Of a stretch of DNA of 64,000 bases, positions 53,400-64,000 are shown one piece after another. The stretch covers positions 15,252,001-15,316,000 of the forward strand of contig OZ024753.1 of NCBI GenBank assembly GCA_964016885.1. The letters are read 5' to 3'. A program made the position numbers and the translations under genes. The stretch's first letter is position 1; each line of letters begins with the position of its first letter. Source of the stretch: Eledone cirrhosa. Taxonomy: Eukaryota. The notes under the pieces are model-generated. The model did no database searches, was not told the origin of the DNA, and saw only the letters and a program-made list of their open reading frames with translations.

Positions 53400-54735
53400 T
53401 GCGGCTATCTGTCTTCCTGTCCGTCTGTCTGTCTATTTGTCTGTCTGTCCGTCTGACTGAATGTCAATCTATCAGTCTGACTGTATGTCAATCTGTCTGT
53501 CTGACTGTATGTCAATCTCTCCGTCTGACTGTATGTCAATCTCTCCGTCTGACTGTATGTCAATCTATCAGTCTGACTGTATGTCAATCTGTCCGTCTGA
53601 CTGTATGTCAATCTCTCCGTCTGACTGTATGTCAATCTATCAGTCTGACTGTATGTCAATCTATCAGTCTGACTGTATGTCAATCTGTCCGTCTGACTGT
53701 ATGTCAATCTCTCCGTCTGACTGTATGTCAATCTATCAGTCTGACTGTATGTCAATCTGTCCGTCTGACTGTATGTCAATCTCTCCGTCTGACTGTATGT
53801 CAATCTCTCCGTCTGACTGTATGTCAATCTATCAGTCTGACTGTATGTCAATCTGTCCGTCTGACTGTATGTCAATCTCTCCGTCTGACTGTATGTCAAT
53901 CTCTCCGTCTGACTGTATGTCAATCTATCAGTCTGACTGTATGTCAATCTGTCCGTCTGACTGTATGTCAATCTCTCCGTCTGACTGTATGTTAATCTCT
54001 CCGTCTGACTGTATGTCAATCTATCAGTCTGACTGTATGTCAATCTGTCCGTCTGACTGTATGTCAATCTGTCCGTCTGACTGTATGTCAATCTGTCCGT
54101 CTGACTGTATGTCAATCTCTCCGTCTGACTGTATGTCAATCTGTCTGTCTGACTGTATGTCAATCTGTCTGTCTGACTGTATGTCAATCTGTCCGTCTGA
54201 CTGTATGTCAATATGTCAGTGTGTCAATCTGTCCGCCTGACTATGTCAATCTATCAGTGTGACTGTATGTCAATCTGTCCGTCTGACTGTATGTCAATCT
54301 GTCAGTTTGTCTGTGTCAATCTCTCTGTCTGACTGTATGTCAATCGCTCCGTCTGACTGTATGTCAATCTCTCCGTCTGACTGTATGTCAATCTATCCGT
54401 TTGTCTGTATGTCAATCTGTCTGTCTGACTATGTCAATCTGTCCGTCTAACTGTATGTCAATCTCTCCGTATGTCTATATGTCAATCTGTCCGTCTGACT
54501 GTATGTCAATCTGTCAGTTTGTCTGTGTGTCAATCTCTCCGTCTGACTGTATATCAATCTGTCCGTCTGACTCTATGCCAATCTGTTCGTCTGTCTGTAT
54601 GTCAATCTGTCCGTCTGACTGTATGTCAATCTGTCCGTCTGTCTGTATGTCAATCTCTCCGTCTGTCTGTATGTCAATCTCCCCGTCTGTCTGTATGTCA
54701 ATCTCTCCGTTTGACTGTATGTCAATCTCTCCACT
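53400..54735. repeat. 24-bp minisatellite
   Basis: Unit gtctgactgtatgtcaatct(ctcc/gtcc/atca). Explains the SDCMSI-type ORFs. Confidence 0.95.
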
Positions 54736-55035
54736 TGGCTGACAAGGGCCTTAAAACATTGCACTACCGATATTTGCTTAGCATGGCTATTATTATAGAC
54801 ATGACTTAATATAAGATGGCCTAAAAATACAAGTTTGACATAGGATTTGCTGAAATATAGGACCTGGGTTGGGGAAAGAAGGAGTAGAGAAGAAACGGGA
54901 GAGAGAGAGGGTGAGAGAGAACGAGAGAGCGGTGTAAAGAATCCGATTTCGTTGCAGAAGCACACACACACACACACACGAGTGTACACAAACATGCATC
55001 CAATACTCTCCTTGCGTGAAACACACACACACACC

Positions 55036-55066
<31 letters not shown>

Positions 55067-55084
55067 TAGAGAGAGAGAGAGAGA

Positions 55085-55622
55085 GAGGCGGATCTTCAGG
55101 TCTTTACGAAGGTCCGACTTCCACAAAGATCTCAAGCTGTGGCACGCCGCCCAGGCTTTGCTCTCCCTCTCGACTACATCATCTTCCGTATTCCCAATCT
55201 TTGCTGTAGTGGAGTCTGTGCTGCTGTATGGGTCTGAGACTTGGACACTGACCAAGAAACTCACTCAGATGGTGGATGGGTGCTACACGAGAATGCTGAG
55301 GATGGCTCTGAACATTAATCAGTATACACTGAGGATGAAAAACTCAGAGCTGTACGGAAGCCTCACAAAAGTCAGCTCAAAAGTGACACAGGGGAGACTG
55401 AGGTTAGCTGGACATGATCACCGACATCAAGAGTTGACACTGCACTCAGAGGTCCTGTGGGAGCCCCTGCATGGACACACTGGACGAGGGAGACAGAGGT
55501 TAACATATGTTGATGCCCTAAGGACAGACAGTGGTCTATTGGAGACGCAGGACATGGCAGCGATAATGAGGGACAGAGACCGCTGGAGAGAACTCGTCCA
55601 TGGATCTCGGGAATTTTACCCG

Positions 55623-55625
<3 letters not shown>
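55085..55625 (+). mobile_element. RTE LINE 3' end with an inverted 5' segment
   Basis: Plus strand AVVESVLLYGSETWTLTK..CYTRMLRMAL..RLRLAGH..GRQRLTYVD..DRDRWR. The upstream coding part (KAWAACHSLRSLWKSDLRKDLKIRL) is on the minus strand at about 55085-55195. Confidence 0.88.
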
Positions 55626-55684
<59 letters not shown>

Positions 55685-56082
55685 GATTAGCAGCTTGTAG
55701 CAGCAACATATAATTTATCACTCCGGTCCTAGGAAGAGCGATAAAACCTGTTGATAAACTGAATCCAACGTTCGATCACCAATACCATGAGCTTGCCTTT
55801 CAAGTAAGTCTGATATTTGATTTCGGATTCAAAGAAACACTTTAAACGATTGTTCGTTTAATTTGTCCAGGTGTACTTTTCTCAACCTGATTAGTTCAAT
55901 CGTTGCTTTGGTACATATTGTGTGTTAGTTTAGTCTACAACAATGTTCGATTTGTCAAGCTATTTAAACGTATGTTATTACTCTAAGGCCCTACCTTATC
56001 GAGTGCTTTGCTAACTCATCACTTCATATAAGTAGGCCGAATTTACTTGCAAACCGCCAGAGATGCGATTTTACTGAGTTCC

Positions 56083-56140
<58 letters not shown>

Positions 56141-56149
56141 GTATCGACT

Positions 56150-56610
56150 GTAAGTTGTGGGGTCTATTCTGTATGAAGAACTCAATGTAATCCATATGTT
56201 GAAAATGTTGTAGGTTAAGATAAATCTCAGAAAACAATAAAACATTAAAAGGAAAACAGAGTCATGATATAAGTTAAAACAATGAAATAAAAAATCAAGT
56301 CATTAGAGATATACTTCATTGCTTTACGATCGTTTCTAGATGATGATAATACATTGTATCTATACCCAGTTATTGAGCTATGTAAGTTTACTAACTATCA
56401 GATAGAGAGAATATTTACTTACATGCATATCACCAGGAAAACAGCTGTTGATATGCATGTAAGTAAATATTCTATCTATCTGATAGTTTGTAAACTTGCA
56501 TAGATCAATAACTGAGTATAGATACAATGTATTATCACCATCGAGAAACGATCGTAAAGCAGTGAAGTATATCTCTAATGACTTCATTTTTTATTTCATT
56601 GTTTTAACTT
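56150..56610. mobile_element. Fold-back element (arms about 165 bp) with a partial hammerhead
   Basis: Arms about 56269-56432 and 56449-56612 are inverted. GAAA-CGATCG-TA (palindromic stem III) at 56545-56556, but no canonical CUGANGA. Confidence 0.75.
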
Positions 56611-56783
56611 ATATATATATATATATATATATAAATATATACAGTGAGAGAGAGATGGAGAGACAGAGAGAGAAAATGTTTTTGTTTTCTGAAATATTTA
56701 ATCGTAGAGGTGAGTTGTTTCAAGATTGAGATGGTCATAAAACAGTTAAATGATTTGATTTAAACCCTTTTTATAATATTTAT

Positions 56784-56872
<89 letters not shown>

Positions 56873-57034
56873 GGCTAGTATTTACATGTTTATATTGGGG
56901 CCAATAGCCTTGTTACAACTCCACATAGTCCTGAAATAATAGTTCCAACGGAATCATGTGATAAGAGTTATTGCTTTTGTAGTACGTTTCCACCATATTG
57001 GATTCCGTTGTGGATTCTAAACAAGCTACAGGAT

Positions 57035-58490
<1,456 letters not shown>

Positions 58491-58504
58491 AAGTATGTAT
58501 GTAT

Positions 58505-59075
58505 ACGTACATGGTGGCTGCCAACTCGTTTTCGAGTACGGCCACTACTTTATATCCATGTAGGAGAACCCCTACTGATGCGCTGAACGAGTGTGACTTT
58601 TTAGTCCAGCCAGCGACTTGAAAGCTCTGGTACAAACACTACACTTGTGACAATTATTGACACATAGTGCTGGGCCCATGGTACCATGTGACGACAAATG
58701 CAGAGAGATCTCCAGATATAAAGCAATGCCTGTGCCGTGAAGCTTTTATAGTGAGCAAAGGCACTGCACAAAGCCAGTCCCACTCTCTTAACCAAGATGA
58801 TATTTACCAAAAAGAAGAACAAGTCAACATCATTGGATACCATCAGGGTTGCAGGTGTTATATCAGAGTTTTCCTTCTCCTAGAATTCTGCCTTGACAAA
58901 GGCTAAGGGGTCATCTCTCCCGGTGATTTTGGATGGCCATTGACTCTTAAGAGCTCCTTTGCCTTTTGACAGGTTTTGTTTTTAGTCCTGCAGGATGTCC
59001 AAAGTCACCCTCCTCACCAAGAAACCTTGGTGGGGTTGCCAGTTTAGTCGCCAACGACCCGACCATGGGACAGGT
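58505..59075 (-). mobile_element. Probable internally deleted RTE-like LINE derivative (5' UTR-like part joined to C-terminal C2H2 finger)
   Basis: Minus strand 58649-58572 encodes [25 protein letters not shown] then stop. The 5' part ggtcgttggcgactaaactggcaacccc..aaaacctgtc resembles RTE 5' UTRs from memory. Confidence 0.6.
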
Positions 59076-59115
59076 TGTACATACATACATATATGTATAC
59101 AGACGTACAGTAGCA

Positions 59116-59153
<38 letters not shown>

Positions 59154-59263
59154 CATATACATACACATACACATATGCATACAGGTACACATACATATAT
59201 GCACGCATCAGTTTAGCCATACTAAGAGTGAGAAATGAAATTTCGTTTTCATTTTTTTCAACT

Positions 59264-59297
<34 letters not shown>

Positions 59298-59344
59298 CAT
59301 ATATATATACATATATATATACATATATATACATATATATATAC

Positions 59345-59375
<31 letters not shown>

Positions 59376-59458
59376 CATATATATATAAATATATACATAT
59401 ATAAATATATACATATATAAATATATACATATATATATACATATATATATATATATAC

Positions 59459-59492
<34 letters not shown>

Positions 59493-59566
59493 GTATATAC
59501 ATATATATATATATATACATATATATATGTATATACATATATATATATACATATATATATATATAC

Positions 59567-59645
<79 letters not shown>

Positions 59646-59652
59646 TATATAC

Positions 59653-59717
<65 letters not shown>

Positions 59718-59771
59718 CATATATATATACATATATATATAAATATATACATATATATTTATATATATATA

Positions 59772-59985
59772 TAACGAAGGAATTGTGGTAAGGAACCAGG
59801 TGGACCATAACGCACCAGAGTACTCAATAATTAGGGTAGTAGAGTGGGTAATATGAAAATGTTCAGGACCCCGACGGCATAGCACGAGCCGTTTCGATGG
59901 CTATTTCTGGACTAGCCATTTCTAGTCCAGAAATAGCCGTCGAAACGGCTCGAACTCTGCCGTCGGGGTCTTGAACATTTCCCTA
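59772..59985. mobile_element. Half-hammerhead hairpin family copy
   Basis: Tail plus palindrome gttcaggaccccgacggc..gccgtcggggtcttgaac. Confidence 0.8.
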
Positions 59986-60072
59986 TATATATATGTGTGT
60001 GTGTGCAATATATATATATACACATATATATATATATATATCAAGTAAGTATATTTATATATATACATCTAT

Positions 60073-60106
<34 letters not shown>

Positions 60107-60723
60107 TTATATTTATGCCGTTAACGGCCGAGAGAAAGGAGGACTCAATACCAAGTAGAGTTTCAACATGCCACCGAAATAAACAGGCGAAGCTCCAGAG
60201 TAACAAGACTCACTATTTAACCTTAATATAACGAGTACACACACTCACGCAAGCGCATAATCATCAACGTATACCTATATATATCTATATATGTGCCATG
60301 AAGTGATGATGGGCTCAAACAGCATGTCATGGGTACCAACAGTTGTTTCAACAAAGCAGTAGGTCGCAGAGAGCGCGCTAGAGAGAGGGAGGTACACAAG
60401 AAACAAATAAACAAGAATCGAACCAGTTTTTGACCTCAAAAGTAAGGTAAGATTGATTTTGAATATATGTGTAAGTAAACACGCACACACACACACACAC
60501 ATACATACATACATATATATATAGTATAACTCAACAAAAAAGAAAAACGAACACAGACATATATATGTATGTGTTCAAATCGTAATGAACCAGAATCTTT
60601 TTTGTTCAGTTATACTATACGGCTCGGAAAAAGCTTTTTTCCTAGAGCCAATTTTCTGTAATGAGATTATTTTGAGTTTCTAACTCAATACATGCCTTGA
60701 TATATATATATATATATTTAATT

Positions 60724-60759
<36 letters not shown>

Positions 60760-60762
<3 letters not shown>

Positions 60763-60962
60763 CGAAGGAAATGTGGTAAGGAACCAGATGGACCATAACG
60801 CACCAAAGTACTCAATACTTAGGGTAGTAGAGTGGGTAATAGGAACGAGTAGGACCCCGACGGCTGAGCTCAAGCCGTTTCGACGGCTAATTCTGGAGTA
60901 AATTCAGTCTAGAATTAGCCGTCGAAACGGCTTGAGCTCAGCCGTCGGGGTCCTACTCGTTG
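60760..60962. mobile_element. Half-hammerhead hairpin family copy
   Basis: Nearly the reverse complement of 3939-4133 with a different hairpin centre. Confidence 0.82.
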
Positions 60963-61031
60963 CTATATATATATATATATATATATAATTTGTGTATATT
61001 TATATATATATATATATACACATACACACAC

Positions 61032-61097
<66 letters not shown>

Positions 61098-61190
61098 GAA
61101 GTAATTTCGTCGGAAAAGTCCAGGAAAAAAGAGTGCTCTATGTAGGTAACAGAGCTTAATAGTTATGTAATAAACAACATAAGGCAATTA

Positions 61191-61250
61191 TTCCATTTAC
61201 CAGTGGTTTCTTAAAAGCAAAAGATTTTGCTTTCAATCCTCAGAATGAAA
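61191..61250 (-). ncRNA. Type I hammerhead ribozyme (left arm of fold-back element 61095-61390)
   Basis: Minus strand: tttcatt-CTGAGGA-ttgaaagcaaaatcttttgcttttaa-GAAA-CC act GG-TA-aatggaa. Confidence 0.85.
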
Positions 61251-61303
61251 AAAAAGTGCATTTTTGTTTTTAAAATCCAAATTCAATAAACAGACCAGGA
61301 TTT

Positions 61304-61363
61304 TTTCATTCTGAGGATTGAAAGCAAAATCTTTTGCTTATAAGAAACCACTGGTAAATGGAA
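61304..61363 (+). ncRNA. Type I hammerhead ribozyme (right arm)
   Basis: tttcatt-CTGAGGA(61311-61317)-ttgaaagcaaaatcttttgcttataa-GAAA(61344-61347)-CC act GG-TA-aatggaa. Confidence 0.85.
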
Positions 61364-61444
61364 TAATTGCCTTATGTTGTTTATTACATAAATATATATA
61401 TATATATAATATATAAGATCAAAAGATGGTTAAAAGAGTTCCAT

Positions 61445-61517
61445 GTATTTTATTATGCGCATTTCAAAAACAAATATCATCATGCAATAACATTTGTGTT
61501 TTCATCAGATAAAGTAT
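61445..61517 (-). ncRNA. Type I hammerhead ribozyme (left arm of fold-back element 61408-61711)
   Basis: Mirror of 61514-61586, with stem I tttat/ataaa. Confidence 0.8.
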
Positions 61518-61586
61518 TTTATCTGATGAAAACACAAATGTTATTGCATGATGATATTTGTTTTTGAAATGCGCATAATAAAATAC
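61514..61586 (+). ncRNA. Type I hammerhead ribozyme (right arm)
   Basis: gtattttat-CTGATGA(61523-61529)-aaacacaaatg..tatttgttttt-GAAA(61566-61569)-TGCGCA-TA-ataaaatac. Perfect 9-bp stem I, palindromic stem III, AUA triplet. Confidence 0.86.
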
Positions 61587-61708
61587 ATGGAACTCTTTTA
61601 ACCATCTTTTGATCTTATATATTATGTATACTCCAGTCCTACAAACTGTAGAGTGCTTCTTATCCGATATCTGCATTGCTTTATTGTACTACAATAAAAC
61701 ACACCTCC

Positions 61709-61748
<40 letters not shown>

Positions 61749-61959
61749 CACACACACATATATATATATATATGTAATGAATGATTAATAAACAGGTAGA
61801 CATCATAAAAACGTAATTTATTCCAAGTGTTTACAAATGTTTCTTTAGTAGTTACACAGCCTAGTCATGCTATATGCAAATTGGTCGTCGACTCCATCTA
61901 GCGGAGTGATTAACCATTACTGCATTCAGCATAATCCTAAGCATTTCTTGCATAGCCTA

Positions 61960-62145
61960 ATATTTGTTTCTACTTTTGACACAAGGCCAGCAATTACCCT
62001 AGTGCATTACTGGTACTTTATTTTATCGACCCAGTAAGGATGAAAGGCAAAGTTAACCTCGGCGGGATATGAACTCAGATCATACAGGGAGGTAACTCTA
62101 TGCGTCAAAGCATGGCGTCCGACCCTCTACCGATACTGCCAATCT
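61960..62145 (-). mobile_element. SINE family A (further truncated copy at 62893-62987)
   Basis: Matches the family consensus. Confidence 0.9.
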
Positions 62146-62225
62146 ACCTGCTTGCATAACCTAATAAAATATATATATGTGTGTATATATACATATATAT
62201 ATATATGTATATATATGTATATATG

Positions 62226-62268
<43 letters not shown>

Positions 62269-62463
62269 ATATATATATGTGTGTATATATATATATATAT
62301 ATCTGTATATATATATATACATACACACATATATATATGTATGTATATATATATATGTATGTATATATATATATGTATGTATATATATATATATACACAC
62401 ATATATATATATACATACATATATATATATATACACATATATATATATATATATATACACACG

Positions 62464-62494
<31 letters not shown>

Positions 62495-62725
62495 GTGTGT
62501 GTGTGTATGTATATATGTACAAGTGTGTGTGTGTGTATATGTATGGGCGCGTGTGTGTGCGATTGTTCATAATAAAAAAAACAAAATGTCTATTTTACAG
62601 ACAGTGAGATAGATAGATAAAAATAATTCTTAGATTGGAAACCACCATACTGTGAAAGAGAGTGGTAGGGGGAGATATCGATTCTGACATAGTAGCTAAA
62701 TCCGAGCAATTGCGTTTTTTTATAA

Positions 62726-62762
<37 letters not shown>

Positions 62763-62855
62763 TCGACACATGCCGACATACACATAAATATGTATAAATA
62801 TGTCTATGTATATATATGTGTATACATATAAATATGTATAATACATGTGTATGTA

Positions 62856-62893
<38 letters not shown>

Positions 62894-63069
62894 TGTTTCT
62901 ACTTTGGGCACAAGGCCAGCAATTACCTAGTACATCACTGGTACTTTATTTTATCGACCCCGTAAGGATGAAAGGCAAAGTTAACCTATATATACACGTA
63001 TATTATACATATAAATATGTATAATATATGTGTATATAATACATATATATATATATATATATAATATAT

Positions 63070-63128
<59 letters not shown>

Positions 63129-63290
63129 AATATATATATATAGGAAAATGTGTGAGATCCTTGGTACAGTTAGGTATATTTGAAAAAAAGGAAAAGTTTG
63201 ACTTCACTTGTAGTGTAACATTTTTTTAACACTACAAGTGAAGTCATTCTTTTCCTTTTTTTCAAATATATATATATATATATATATATA

Positions 63291-63650
63291 TTTCTTTAGG
63301 TTTGTTGGTTCACCACTGGATAGAACTGGTCATTCCATATAGTCAATCCTGGTGTAATATTGTGAAGAGTACTCAACGCAGTGCAGTTCACCCATCTTCG
63401 TTTGTGTAGTTGGTGGTGCGAATACGGAGTTAATTATAAATGAAATAAAATAACAGGAGGCTGGACTGGTGTAAATCCTTGAAAGGTTTATTATACTATG
63501 ATCATTTCAATGACCGGGTTCCATACGAATCCAGTGATATCCTGATGATATCACCGGATTCGTATGGAACCCGGTCATTGAAATGATCATAGTATAATAA
63601 ACCTTTCAAGGATTTACACCAGTCCAGCCTCTTGTTATTTTATTTCATTT
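63291..63650. mobile_element. Fold-back element with a hammerhead core at the palindrome axis
   Basis: Arms about 63436-63541 and 63547-63652 are inverted. CTGATGA at 63542-63548, accgg..ccggt stem II, GAAA(63580-63583)-TGATCA-TA. Stem I is disrupted by the inversion. Confidence 0.75.
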
Positions 63651-63790
63651 ATATATATATATATTATATATTATATATATATAATATATGTATATATACA
63701 TGTGCATATATATTTATCTATATATTTATTAACATGCATATATGTATATATACATGTGCATATATATTTATCTATATATATATTAACATG

Positions 63791-64000
63791 ATCAAGCCGC
63801 CTCCCCCCTTCAAAGATGAAGCAGAGGCGGTGTTTCTGTGCGTAATAGCCATGGCGAAAGAGGTTGTATGGTGGACGCGTCTGAAAGGACTGAGGTCAGG
63901 CACCTTTCTCTCTGGCCAACAACTGGTCCGTTTCTTCCGATATCATTTCGGAAGAAGGATCAGGATGGAGAGAGAGGTGCTGCACCCCAGCCGTTTCTAT
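63791..64000 (+). mobile_element. Tx1/L1-like LINE 3' fragment, continues beyond the window
   Basis: Near-identical reverse complement of about 8055-8265 (IKPPPPFKDEAEAVFLCVIAMAKEVVWWTRLKG). Confidence 0.82.

Noticed and set aside
55806-55882. Hammerhead-like CTGATAT..GAAACAC..GTGTA
   Set aside because: Core is non-canonical and stem I is out of register. At most a decayed relic. Similar weak cases near 7368 and 6600 were also not called.

Overview
AT-rich eukaryotic DNA made almost entirely of repeats, with no convincing host protein-coding exon. The mix of (TA)n/(CA)n/(GA)n microsatellites, tRNA-derived SINEs and RTE LINE relics looks like an octopus/coleoid cephalopod genome (inference from pattern recognition only). 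It contains five satellite arrays (49, 42, 31, 52 and 24 bp units), many SINEs of at least two families, RTE and Tx1/L1-like LINE fragments, and hAT, Tigger-like and mariner-like MITEs. Almost all long ORFs in the supplied track are repeat artefacts. The most striking signal is a dense set of short elements (200-650 bp) sitting between (TA)n tracts. Many are head-to-head fold-back palindromes, and they carry type I hammerhead ribozyme motifs (stem I-CUGANGA-stem II-GAAA-stem III-NUH-stem I). I could fold about 15 motifs by eye from at least 7 distinct sequence families, several on both strands, with compensatory stem changes and palindromic stem III loops. This fits non-autonomous Penelope-like (PLE) or retrozyme-like elements.
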